Positions 10,376 to 19,316 of a stretch of DNA of 64,000 bases are shown piece after piece. The translations under genes and the position numbers were made by a program. The stretch is taken from sequence record OL960577.1. The stretch is one strand, 5' to 3'. The notes under the pieces are model-generated. The model saw only the letters and a program-made list of their open reading frames with translations. It searched no databases and was not told where the DNA came from. The DNA comes from Escherichia phage vB_EcoM_SA35RD. How positions within the stretch are numbered: the stretch's first letter is position 1; each line of letters begins with the position of its first letter.

Positions 10376-10387
10376 GGGCTTCGGCCC
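10376..10387 (+). other. GC-rich tetraloop hairpin after uvsW
   Basis: gggcTTCGgccc directly after the uvsW stop; no U-run, so possibly a stabilising or processing hairpin rather than a terminator. Confidence 0.35.
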
Positions 10388-10400
10388 TTAGGAGATAAAA

Positions 10401-10631
10401 ATGGTACTTGAATTTAAACAATTTTTATACGAAGCATCTATTGACGAATTCATGGGTAAAATTGCTAGTTGTCATACCTTAGAAGGGCTTGAAGAATTGG
10501 AAGCTTATTATAAGAAACGTATAAAAGAAACGGAATTAAAAGATACAGATGATATTTCTGTCAGGGATGCCTTAGCAGGTAAGCGTGCCGAACTTGAAGG
10601 CGATGATGAGGATGTGGAAGAAGACTTCTAA
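10401..10631 (+). CDS. uvsW.1: UvsW.1-like small acidic protein
   Basis: 76 aa ORF immediately after uvsW, same size and position as T4 UvsW.1. Confidence 0.7.
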   Translation: MVLEFKQFLYEASIDEFMGKIASCHTLEGLEELEAYYKKRIKETELKDTDDISVRDALAGKRAELEGDDEDVEEDF

Positions 10632-10640
10632 TTAAAAAAA

Positions 10641-10663
10641 GGCCCGACCTTTTTGGAAGGGCC
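10641..10663. terminator. Bidirectional terminator between uvsW.1 (+) and minus-strand early genes
   Basis: aaaaaaa-ggccc…gggcc-aaaaa inverted repeat flanked by A-runs on both sides. Confidence 0.4.
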
Positions 10664-10689
10664 AAAAACCATAGGCAAAAAAGGTAACA

Positions 10690-10857
10690 CTATAGTAAAA
10701 GTTGGGTTTCGTTCAATTGCTCTTCTGAACTTTCTGAAACCGGCAATTGTTGGACATAATTATAACAAGGACCAGGATGTGCTGGACCTTTGTCTGTTTC
10801 AACAACCAATGCAGAATCGATTGGAGTTTTACAGACAACACAAATCTTATCTGACAT
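10690..10857 (-). CDS. Hypothetical 55-aa Cys-containing protein (not in supplied ORF track)
   Basis: Hand-translated: MSDKICVVCKTPIDSALVVETDKGPAHPGPCYNYVQQLPVSESSEEQLNETQLLL; strong SD (AGGAGGCAATC-ATG); CxxC plus a third Cys. Confidence 0.5.
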   Translation of the reverse strand: MSDKICVVCKTPIDSALVVETDKGPAHPGPCYNYVQQLPVSESSEEQLNETQLLL

Positions 10858-10889
10858 GATTGCCTCCTAAGTTGAAATTACATATCTAT

Positions 10890-11114
10890 TTATACCACTC
10901 GCATGCACATATCGATACCCATATCTTTTGTATAAAAATACTCGTCGATGTACCCGGCAAACTTCCCTTTAATATAAAGGACGTCTTCGCCACAAGGATG
11001 GTCTGCCAGGATACGAATATCCTGACGTCGTAGACGATACTTTTCCATTAAGAATTTAATTTCTGTTTCAAATTCTTCATCATTATTAAAGGCATCTTCA
11101 ATTGAATAACGCAT
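10890..11114 (-). CDS. Hypothetical protein (74 aa) downstream of uvsY
   Basis: ORF abutting the uvsY stop; position of T4 uvsY.-1/-2. Confidence 0.6.
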   Translation of the reverse strand: MRYSIEDAFNNDEEFETEIKFLMEKYRLRRQDIRILADHPCGEDVLYIKGKFAGYIDEYFYTKDMGIDMCMRVV

Positions 11115-11527
11115 TATTGCCCCGCTTCAAATTCTCGCATATCCTGGATATGTTTAAGTGCAAAACTACGAGACTTAACTGCATCAAGTGCACCACTACA
11201 GAACTCAAGTAAAATTCCCCAGTATTGTAAAGTAGTCTCTATTTTAAGCACATCTTTATCAGCAGCCAGGACAGTTTTCATTTCAGATTTCTCGTATCGG
11301 TCCATACTGAATTCATCACCGTCACCTCGTCCCGAGTAGTAGTCTAATCTCGCTTTTAGAGCAGTTTTCTTCTGAGTCTCTATACGCAACATTTCTTTAC
11401 GAATAAATGAGTGCTTACGTAGCCATTTGCTGTATAACTTAACATTATTCGCTGTCTCATATTGCAACTTTGTCGTATCAATAGCTAAGTCTGTGTCTAA
11501 CTCTTCCTGTAAATCTTCCAGCTTCAT
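11114..11527 (-). CDS. uvsY: UvsY recombination mediator protein
   Basis: 137 aa from internal Met (MKLEDLQEEL…) matching T4 UvsY start and length; contains LDYYSGRGDGDEFSMDRYEKSEMKTVL; upstream Met rejected. Confidence 0.9.
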   Translation of the reverse strand: MKLEDLQEELDTDLAIDTTKLQYETANNVKLYSKWLRKHSFIRKEMLRIETQKKTALKARLDYYSGRGDGDEFSMDRYEKSEMKTVLAADKDVLKIETTLQYWGILLEFCSGALDAVKSRSFALKHIQDMREFEAGQ

Positions 11528-11607
11528 AATATTCTCTCTTTTAACTAATAATCTCCCGGCTGTATCGGAAGGACCTAAAACCATTATACATAGGTTGCCT
11601 TGAAGCA

Positions 11608-12006
11608 TTACACTCTATTGCTTGACGCTAACTGAAGTTTGATTTGTTCGATATCATCAGGGTTATCTACGACCGAAAATCTAATCTCTACTATAACTGT
11701 ATAGTCATCATATACTGGCGTTACACTTACAGAAAGTTTGTCGATGCGCGGCTCATAGTTACGGACGGCTGCCTGGATATTACGCTCAATCGTATCGGCT
11801 GTAAGTGGTGTCATGTTCTCGAAAAGTTCATCAACCAAATCGCATCCAAATTCAGGGTCGAAGGGGCGTGAGCCTTTTCTAGTTGTCACTATGCCAAGAA
11901 GACTATTTTTAATAGAACGAAGTCCTACAGAACGAGCAACGTCCTTGTTCCAATCCATACGCATTTCTGGGTCGATATCTGAATAAAGTTTATTGATATT
12001 AGACAT
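11608..12006 (-). CDS. 25: Baseplate wedge protein gp25
   Basis: 132 aa, same as T4 gp25; N-terminus MSNINKLYSDIDPEMRMDWNKDVARSVGLRSIKNSL. Confidence 0.9.
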   Translation of the reverse strand: MSNINKLYSDIDPEMRMDWNKDVARSVGLRSIKNSLLGIVTTRKGSRPFDPEFGCDLVDELFENMTPLTADTIERNIQAAVRNYEPRIDKLSVSVTPVYDDYTVIVEIRFSVVDNPDDIEQIKLQLASSNRV

Positions 12007-12632
12007 TATAGTAACTCAAAGAATTCTTTGAGGCCTCGTATTGTGTGAACGTGTGACGCCCCACATTTGGGACATTTAATAGGGGTTGCCAGATAAATTG
12101 ATGGCGATACCAAAAGATTTTTAATATTGATCATGTCATCTTCTGTTATAAGGCCGTAAAGGTCGTTTATTTCTGCTTCAGTTAAATCTTCAACAGGGAT
12201 GGACTCTCCATTGACAAAAACAGCCTCAATACATGAAGCAATCATTAATGCGATATTTTTATCGTCAAATAATTTAGGTTGACGGAACTTAATTTTAATA
12301 CCACTGAACGAATACCAGGGATCGGCCTGTTCATCTAATTGAGTGTGCAATAAATTCATATAGACTTGAAATGAATGCCCACAGGAACAATTCCAGGTGT
12401 GTTCTTGATTCACTTCACCTAATGAATGTGCCCACAGATTTACCAACAATAACTCGGCTTCTTGTTTAGACAAGTTTTTAGCGTTAGAGCAATTAGTGAT
12501 AATATTGTTCACTGCTGATTCAATAGTACCGGTAGCCCGCGCACCTATGAGTCCTAAATATTCTTTTAAAGTAAAGGCTCTACAATTCACTTCTTTATCG
12601 CCTAAACGTACGGTAAACGTATATTTGTACAT
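12006..12632 (-). CDS. 26: Baseplate hub subunit gp26
   Basis: 208 aa (as T4 gp26); start overlaps gp25 by 1 nt; divergent from gene 51. Confidence 0.85.
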   Translation of the reverse strand: MYKYTFTVRLGDKEVNCRAFTLKEYLGLIGARATGTIESAVNNIITNCSNAKNLSKQEAELLLVNLWAHSLGEVNQEHTWNCSCGHSFQVYMNLLHTQLDEQADPWYSFSGIKIKFRQPKLFDDKNIALMIASCIEAVFVNGESIPVEDLTEAEINDLYGLITEDDMINIKNLLVSPSIYLATPIKCPKCGASHVHTIRGLKEFFELL

Positions 12633-12650
12633 GTTAACTCCTTTATTGTG

Positions 12651-12662
12651 TATTTATAAATA
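12651..12662. promoter_or_regulatory. Divergent overlapping late promoters (palindromic TATTTATAAATA)
   Basis: 12-mer gives TATAAATA on + strand (12655-12662, gene 51) and on - strand (12651-12658, genes 26/25). Confidence 0.55.
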
Positions 12663-12679
12663 ATAGAAAAGGAGTAATT

Positions 12680-13432
12680 ATGGCTAATATAATTCGTTGT
12701 AAATTACCGGATGGTGTTCATCGTTTTAAGCCGTTCACTGTGGCGGATTATAGAGACTTTTTACTAGTTAGAAATGATATCGAACATCGTTCGCCGCAAG
12801 AACAAAAAGAAATAATTGCCGATCTGATTGATGATTATTTTGGCGAGTACCCTAAAACATGGCAACCATTTATATTCCTGCAAGTTTTTGCAGGCTCTAT
12901 AGGCAAAACAAAAGTTCCTGTTATTTTCACTTGCCCTAAATGCTCTAAAGAAAAAACTGCACCATTTGAGATATATCAAAAAGAACTAGTCGAACCTGAA
13001 CTTGATGTTGCTGGTATAAAAATACGTTTTTCTTTCCCTGAAAAGTTTTATGACAACAAGGCATTAATGATAAGTGAAAACATAAAAGAAATATACTATA
13101 ATGATGAATGGTACCCATGGAATGATTTGACTGAAGAGAACCAAATCCAAGTAATAGAAGCAATAGACATTGACTCGCTCGAGAAGGTTATTGCTTCTAT
13201 GAATCCTATTAATTTGACCCTTAGATTAGGTTGTTGTGAACGACATGTTAAAACATATACTGATATCTTAGAGGTTTTTAAATTGTTAGTTAACCCTGAT
13301 GAGATTTTTACATTCTATCAGATAAACCATTCACTGGTAAAGAGTCAATACACATTGGATTCTATTATGCAAATGATTCCTGTTGAACGTGGTATTGCTT
13401 TAACATTAGTAGAAAAGGACCATAAAAAATGA
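12680..13432 (+). CDS. 51: Baseplate hub assembly catalyst gp51
   Basis: 250 aa (T4 gp51 249 aa); position between 26 and 27; Cys pairs (CPKC…CCERH). Confidence 0.85.
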   Translation: MANIIRCKLPDGVHRFKPFTVADYRDFLLVRNDIEHRSPQEQKEIIADLIDDYFGEYPKTWQPFIFLQVFAGSIGKTKVPVIFTCPKCSKEKTAPFEIYQKELVEPELDVAGIKIRFSFPEKFYDNKALMISENIKEIYYNDEWYPWNDLTEENQIQVIEAIDIDSLEKVIASMNPINLTLRLGCCERHVKTYTDILEVFKLLVNPDEIFTFYQINHSLVKSQYTLDSIMQMIPVERGIALTLVEKDHKK

Positions 13433-14601
13433 AAGTATTCCAACGTCCAGGATATCCTAACTTAAGCGTTAAATTATACCAAGATTATTCGGCTTGGCAA
13501 GAAAATAGATACGTTGAACTCGCAGCAACAATAACAACTTTAACCATGCGAGATTCGTTATATGGAAGAAATGAAGGGATTCTTCAATTTTATGACACTA
13601 AAAACATCCACACTAAAATGGACGGTAGACAGATAGTTCAAATCTCTGTTTCAAATTCAAACACGCCTCTCCAAGTTAGAACTCGAATTTATGGATGCAA
13701 ACATTATTCTGTGTCTGTGGACTCAAAAGGTGACAATATTATTGCAATTGAGCTTGGAACAATACATTCTATAGAGAACCTTAAATTTGGGCGACCATTC
13801 TTCCCGGACGCAGGCGAATCTATACGTGAAATGTTAGGTGTCATATACAAAGACCGTGCGTTAATTACTCCGCCAATAAACACTATTAATGCTTATGTTC
13901 CTGATATCCCTTGGACAAGCACATTTGATGATTATTTGGCATATGTCAGAGAATTAGGACTTGCTACAGCGAGTGATAAGTTCGTATTCGTATGGCAAGA
14001 TATTTTAGGCGTAAACATGATTGACTATGATACTCTTATTGGTCAGGAAGGCATTAAGATGATTGTAGGCGAGCCAAATACCGTAGGTCAGTATATTCAA
14101 GAGCTTGAGTATCCATTAGTATGGGATTTCACCTGGATGACTAAAGCTAACCAATTTACAAGAGACCCTATTAAAAACGCCACGATATTCGCTCATTCAT
14201 TTTTAGATACATCTATTCCGGTTATTGTTACAGGCGATGGTGATAATGCTATTGTTGTGTCAAGATCCGGTGGATATTCCGAAATGACCTATCGTAATGG
14301 ATTTGAAGAAGCAAGTCGTCTTCAGACAATGGCTCAATATGACGGATATGCTAAATGCACTACTACAGGTAATTTTAACATAACTCCTGCTACTAAAATT
14401 ATATTTGTTGACCAAAAGAACCAATTCAAATCCGAATTTTACGTAGATGAAGTTATTCATGAGTTATCAAATAACAACTCACAAACTCATCTGTACATGT
14501 TTACCAACTCAATGGTGTTAGAACCTGTTAACCCAGTTAAGGTTAAAAATGAACTTAAATCTGATTCTACCTCTAAAGAAAATAATTCTACCACAGTCTA
14601 A
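13429..14601 (+). CDS. 27: Baseplate hub protein gp27
   Basis: 390 aa (T4 gp27 391 aa); start overlaps gp51 stop (ATGA). Confidence 0.9.
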   Translation: MKVFQRPGYPNLSVKLYQDYSAWQENRYVELAATITTLTMRDSLYGRNEGILQFYDTKNIHTKMDGRQIVQISVSNSNTPLQVRTRIYGCKHYSVSVDSKGDNIIAIELGTIHSIENLKFGRPFFPDAGESIREMLGVIYKDRALITPPINTINAYVPDIPWTSTFDDYLAYVRELGLATASDKFVFVWQDILGVNMIDYDTLIGQEGIKMIVGEPNTVGQYIQELEYPLVWDFTWMTKANQFTRDPIKNATIFAHSFLDTSIPVIVTGDGDNAIVVSRSGGYSEMTYRNGFEEASRLQTMAQYDGYAKCTTTGNFNITPATKIIFVDQKNQFKSEFYVDEVIHELSNNNSQTHLYMFTNSMVLEPVNPVKVKNELKSDSTSKENNSTTV

Positions 14602-15082
14602 TAAAAAGGTAATGATTCCTAAATTAGGGCTCAAACATTATAATCTTTTAAAGGACGTTAAAGGTCCTGACGAAAACATGAAAATCTTAGCTGATTCTAT
14701 TTGTAAAAATATGAGTCCTGCAGATTTTGATTTTGCATGTCTACACATATTGGAATTTAATAACAAACTTAAGTCTGAAGTTGAAAAAGACGGATTCACG
14801 TATAAACTAGATGACGTCTATGTATGCCAACGAACAGAATTCCAATTCCAAGGCAATACTTTTTATTTTAGACCTCCAGGCAAATTTGAACAATTCGCTA
14901 CAATCAGTGAAATGCTATCAAATTGCTTAATAAAAGTTAATGACGAAGAGAAAGAAATTTCTTTCCTTGAGATGCCTGCTTTTGTAATCAAATGGGCAGA
15001 AGACCTTTCGACAACTATTGCTATTCCAGGCCCTAATGGCCCTATTAAGGGTATAGCAGAAATTATTGGATTGCTTGAATGA
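14549..15082 (+). CDS. 28: Baseplate hub distal subunit gp28
   Basis: 177 aa as in T4 gp28; overlaps gp27 3' end by 53 nt; alternative start at 14612 also has an SD. Confidence 0.75.
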   Translation: MNLNLILPLKKIILPQSNKKVMIPKLGLKHYNLLKDVKGPDENMKILADSICKNMSPADFDFACLHILEFNNKLKSEVEKDGFTYKLDDVYVCQRTEFQFQGNTFYFRPPGKFEQFATISEMLSNCLIKVNDEEKEISFLEMPAFVIKWAEDLSTTIAIPGPNGPIKGIAEIIGLLE

Positions 15083-16851
15083 AACCTGAAGAAATGAAAT
15101 CCATGCGTAGAAATAAGGTCATTGCCGATAATAAACCACAAAAAGTAGCTGCAACAGCAGCTACCGATTCATTAGAAGCATTGAATGACATTTCATCAAA
15201 ACTAGACGATGTCCAAGCCGCGTCTGAACTCACATCACAAAGTGTAGAAGATAAAGGCAATGGAATTATTGAATCAATTGGAGACTTAAAGAATTCGACA
15301 GATAATACTGCTGAAGGCACAGAGCTTATCGCAGAAGTTATTGAAAAACAAACTGAAGTCACTAAAAGTATAAACGAAGTTTCTAGTGCAATAAGCTCTA
15401 AGTTAGACCGATTAGCTACATTATTAGAGCAAAAATTACAAACATCTACCGCTATTCAAAATACAGGAGGCACCTCTCTTGAAGTAATTGAGAACGCAAT
15501 ACCTGTTAAAGTGGTTGAGAATGAAACTTCTGATGAGTTGTTTAAAGCATTACCTACACCTGAAAAGATTGATAATAAGCCAGACGAAGATTTCTTCCCA
15601 GCCCCGGTTCAAGAAAGTGCTAATTCTACTTCCGATTCTAAAGGCGGAATTAGCTTTAAATTGAGCGATAAAATTGCAATGCTCACCAAAACAGTTCAAA
15701 CCGGGTTTAATAAATCAATATCAATTTCGGACAGAATTGCTGGAATGCTTTTCAAATACACTATAACGGCCGCTATTGAAGCAGCAAAAATGGCCGCACT
15801 TATTCTTGGTATTGTTATCGGTATTGATTTATTGATAGTCCATTTCAAATATTGGACAGACAAGTTCACTTCTGCTTGGGATTTATTTGATGAAAACTTT
15901 ACTAAATTCTCTGATGAAGCTAAAGAGTGGGGTAAATTCTTAAGTGATATATTCACTTCTATTGACTCGATAAAACAATTGTGGGAAGCTGGAGACTGGG
16001 GCGGTTTAACCGTTGCTATTGTCAAAGGTGTAGGAACGGCATTAATGAACTTAGGTGAACTAATTCAATTAGGAATGGCTAAACTCTCCGCGTCTATATT
16101 GCGTGCTATAGGTTTTGGTGATACTGCGGACGAAATAGAAGGACGTGCTTTGGAAGGATTCCAAGAAACTACTGGGAATAAATTAAAGAAAGAAGACCAA
16201 GAGAAAGTCGCTAAATATCAAATGAAGCGTGACGATGGGGAATTAGGAACCGTTTCTAAAGGTCTTGATATGTTACAACGCGGCAAAACATTCGTTACTA
16301 ACTGGGTTCGTGGTAATGACAATAAAGAAGAGTTTAGTACAAGCGATGAGCGTGCTGCGGAATCAGCAAAATTAAAAGAGTTACCTGAAGAGGAGCGTAA
16401 AGAGGCATACATAAAAGCGAATGAAACTCGTGCGGCACTGGTTAGATTTGAGGATTATATCGATAAAATCGATATGACTAATCCGGAAAATGCTAAAAAC
16501 GTTGAGAAGTCTTATGCTGATTTAAGTAAACTTATTAAAGACCCTGAACTTAATAAAACTCCTGTTGTTAAAAAGGAATTAGATGCTAGATTTGAAAAGC
16601 TAAATAATAAAATGGCTGAAGCCAAAAAGGCTCAGACCACAGTTAAGCCTGAATCTTCGTCTAAATCTCCGGAAGCAAAACAAGTTCAGTCAATAGAGAA
16701 AGGACGTGCTTCTGAATCTAAACAACAGCAACCGGTAGCGGCGATTAGTAACACAAATAATGTCGTCAAAAAGAATACCGTAGTCCAGAATATGGCCCCT
16801 GTAACAAGTACAACGGCTCCTGGAATTTTCCATGCCACCGGTGTTAATTAA
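15079..16851 (+). CDS. 29: Baseplate hub / tail length tape-measure protein gp29
   Basis: 590 aa, same as T4 gp29; ATGA overlap with gp28. Confidence 0.85.
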   Translation: MKPEEMKSMRRNKVIADNKPQKVAATAATDSLEALNDISSKLDDVQAASELTSQSVEDKGNGIIESIGDLKNSTDNTAEGTELIAEVIEKQTEVTKSINEVSSAISSKLDRLATLLEQKLQTSTAIQNTGGTSLEVIENAIPVKVVENETSDELFKALPTPEKIDNKPDEDFFPAPVQESANSTSDSKGGISFKLSDKIAMLTKTVQTGFNKSISISDRIAGMLFKYTITAAIEAAKMAALILGIVIGIDLLIVHFKYWTDKFTSAWDLFDENFTKFSDEAKEWGKFLSDIFTSIDSIKQLWEAGDWGGLTVAIVKGVGTALMNLGELIQLGMAKLSASILRAIGFGDTADEIEGRALEGFQETTGNKLKKEDQEKVAKYQMKRDDGELGTVSKGLDMLQRGKTFVTNWVRGNDNKEEFSTSDERAAESAKLKELPEEERKEAYIKANETRAALVRFEDYIDKIDMTNPENAKNVEKSYADLSKLIKDPELNKTPVVKKELDARFEKLNNKMAEAKKAQTTVKPESSSKSPEAKQVQSIEKGRASESKQQQPVAAISNTNNVVKKNTVVQNMAPVTSTTAPGIFHATGVN

Positions 16852-16859
16852 GGATTATT

Positions 16860-17969
16860 ATGATTAGTGTAAAAGAAATAGTAGTAGATGCAAAGGATTT
16901 AAATAAAGCAATCCCAGTCTCAGAAAGTGCTGGGCAAAGCACTAAAACCGAAACAACTACTAAAACTTATGTTGCTCAATTTCCTACAGGAAGAGCAGCC
17001 GGAAATGACTCCACAGGAGACTTCCAGGTAACAGACCTTTATAAGAACGGATTATTATTTACCGCGTACAATATGTCTGCACGCGATTCAGGATCCCTCA
17101 GGAATTTACGTCCGGCGTATGCCGGAACTTCATCTAATGGTATCATATCAGATTTAACTGATAATGTGAAAGATGCAGTGACTAAATTCTCTAATGGGTT
17201 GCTTCCTGCCGGAGCTAATAAATCTACTATAAATAAAACTCCTGTTGCCAATATCCTTTTGCCACGTTCCAAATCTGACGTTGATACAACTTCACATCGT
17301 TTTAATGATATCGGTGATAGCCTTATTACTAAAGGTGGAGGTACTGCTACGGGTGTTTTAAGTAACATTGCTTCTACTGCAGTTTTTGGTGCATTAGATT
17401 CTATTACTCAAGGGCTTATGGCTGATAATAACGAACAGATTTATACGACTTCTCGTAGTATGTATGGCGGTGCTGAGAACCGTACTAAAGTCTTTACATG
17501 GGATTTAACTCCACGTTCAACTGAAGACCTTATGGCTATTATAAACATTTACCAGTATTTTAACTATTTCTCATATGGTGAGACCGGTAAATCACAGTAC
17601 GCCCAAGAGATTAAAAGTTATTTAGACGAATGGTATCGTTCAACGTTTATTGAGCCTATGACGCCAGATGATGCAGTAAAAAATAAGACATTGTTTGAAA
17701 AGATTACTGCGTCATTAACAAACGTATTAGTTGTAAGCAACCCTACAATTTGGATGGTTAAAAACTTTGGTTATACATCTAAATTTGATGGATTAACTGA
17801 CGTATTTGGCCCATGTCAAATTCAAAGTGTACGTTTTGATAAAACTCCAAATGGACAATTTAATGGTCTCGCTGTTGCTCCTAACTTACCATCAACATTT
17901 ACGTTAGAGATAACAATGCGAGAAATTATTACATTAAACCGTTCTTCACTTTATGCGGGGACTTTCTAA
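16860..17969 (+). CDS. 48: Baseplate tail tube junction protein gp48
   Basis: 369 aa; position and size as T4 gp48. Confidence 0.85.
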   Translation: MISVKEIVVDAKDLNKAIPVSESAGQSTKTETTTKTYVAQFPTGRAAGNDSTGDFQVTDLYKNGLLFTAYNMSARDSGSLRNLRPAYAGTSSNGIISDLTDNVKDAVTKFSNGLLPAGANKSTINKTPVANILLPRSKSDVDTTSHRFNDIGDSLITKGGGTATGVLSNIASTAVFGALDSITQGLMADNNEQIYTTSRSMYGGAENRTKVFTWDLTPRSTEDLMAIINIYQYFNYFSYGETGKSQYAQEIKSYLDEWYRSTFIEPMTPDDAVKNKTLFEKITASLTNVLVVSNPTIWMVKNFGYTSKFDGLTDVFGPCQIQSVRFDKTPNGQFNGLAVAPNLPSTFTLEITMREIITLNRSSLYAGTF

Positions 17970-18931
17970 TGTACTCTTTAGAAGAATTTAATAACCACGC
18001 TATAAATGCGGATTTCCAACGAAACAATATGTTTAGTTGTGTATTTGCTACTACCCCATCGACCAAATCATCTTCACTAATTTCGTCAATTGGTAGTTTT
18101 GCTTATAATAACTTAGGGTTGGATTCAGATTGGCTAGGATTGTCTCAAGGTGATATCAATCAGGGCGTAACAACCCTGATTACAGCAGGAACACAGAAAT
18201 TAATTCGAAAATCGGGTGCAAGTAAATATCTGATTGGAGCAATGAGTCAACGTACGGTACAAAGCTTGTTAGGTGAGTTCACAGTAGGAACTTATCTGAT
18301 AGACTTCTTCAATATGGCATATAATAATACAGGTTTAATGATTTATTCTGTAAAAATGCCTGAGAACCGATTATCTTATGAAACGGATTTCAACTATAAC
18401 TCCCCGAACATCCGAATTACCGGTCGTGAAATGGACCCGTTAGTAATAAGCTTTAGAATGGATTCCGAAGCATCTAACTTTAGAGCAATGCAAGACTGGG
18501 TAAACTCAGTCCAAGACCCTGTAACAGGTCTTCGTGCTTTACCACAAGACGTCGAAGCAGATATTCAGGTTAATTTACACGCACGAAATGGTTTACCGCA
18601 TACCGCTGTCATGTTCACCGGATGTATTCCTGTTAGTGTCTCTTCTCCTGAGTTAACGTATGATGGTGATAATCAGATAACAGTTTTTGATGTAACATTT
18701 GCTTATCGCGTTATGCAATCAGGTGCTGTAAATAGACAGGCTGCTTTAGAATGGTTGGAATCAGGACTTATTAGTAGTGTTTCAGGAATGTTTGGAAATA
18801 ATCAGAATGATTCTGGACTAGGAAGTGCAGTATCAAGACTTTCTAGATTAGGTGGGACTGCTGGTGGTGTGTCTAATATAAACACATTGACAGGTGTTGT
18901 GAATTCTGCGTCAAGAGTTTTAGGACTATAA
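17969..18931 (+). CDS. 54: Baseplate tail tube initiator gp54
   Basis: 320 aa, same as T4 gp54; overlaps gp48 stop. Confidence 0.85.
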   Translation: MYSLEEFNNHAINADFQRNNMFSCVFATTPSTKSSSLISSIGSFAYNNLGLDSDWLGLSQGDINQGVTTLITAGTQKLIRKSGASKYLIGAMSQRTVQSLLGEFTVGTYLIDFFNMAYNNTGLMIYSVKMPENRLSYETDFNYNSPNIRITGREMDPLVISFRMDSEASNFRAMQDWVNSVQDPVTGLRALPQDVEADIQVNLHARNGLPHTAVMFTGCIPVSVSSPELTYDGDNQITVFDVTFAYRVMQSGAVNRQAALEWLESGLISSVSGMFGNNQNDSGLGSAVSRLSRLGGTAGGVSNINTLTGVVNSASRVLGL

Positions 18932-18937
18932 GAAAAA

Positions 18938-18954
18938 GGGAGACGTTGTCTCCC
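18938..18954. terminator. Bidirectional terminator between gene 54 (+) and alt-region genes (-)
   Basis: gggagacGTTgtctccc flanked by aaaaa and ttt. Confidence 0.6.
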
Positions 18955-18963
18955 TTTAGGGGT

Positions 18964-19257
18964 TTATTTACGGAATGAAAGGAATGCTGGTGCTCGGAAT
19001 GGAGTATCATCTTTAGAGTATTTAACTAATACGACCATTGGTACCTCTGTTTCTAAATGACCTGTCACTACACCGATAAAAATTTGATCAGTGTGCTCAG
19101 GGTCACGAAAGTTTTTAAGAGGTTCCATAGCAATATGGAATGCACCTGGGAATACTCGATTCAATTCGTCAATCACAGCTTCGTTAAAAACATCATCCGC
19201 TGGGATAGCATCTTCAACTACTAGTTCTTGACCATTAAAGCGAAGCATAGATTTCAT
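18964..19257 (-). CDS. Hypothetical protein (97 aa), alt-downstream (alt.-1-like position)
   Basis: Start set at MKSMLRF with SD GAGGAAAACGTT; the longer ORF form would overlap its own promoter -10. Confidence 0.6.
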   Translation of the reverse strand: MKSMLRFNGQELVVEDAIPADDVFNEAVIDELNRVFPGAFHIAMEPLKNFRDPEHTDQIFIGVVTGHLETEVPMVVLVKYSKDDTPFRAPAFLSFRK

Positions 19258-19286
19258 AACGTTTTCCTCATGTTGTTGATGGGATG

Positions 19287-19316
19287 ATAGTATCACACAT
19301 CCATGTGTTTGTAAAC
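19287..19316 (-). promoter_or_regulatory. T4-type early promoter
   Basis: Minus strand GTTTAC, 18 nt, TACTAT; -35 overlaps the alt stop codon. Confidence 0.55.

Noticed and set aside
10653-10859. Listed + strand 68-aa ORF (MEGPKTIGKKGNTIVKV…)
   Set aside because: No SD; antisense to a 55-aa minus-strand ORF with a strong SD and sensible composition; it starts inside the uvsW.1 terminator region.
11528-11608. N-terminal 27-aa extension of the uvsY ORF; similar extensions on alc, frd, dsbA, denB and arn
   Set aside because: The longer forms overlap the promoter -10 or upstream genes; internal Mets have good SDs and give the lengths I recall for the T4 proteins.
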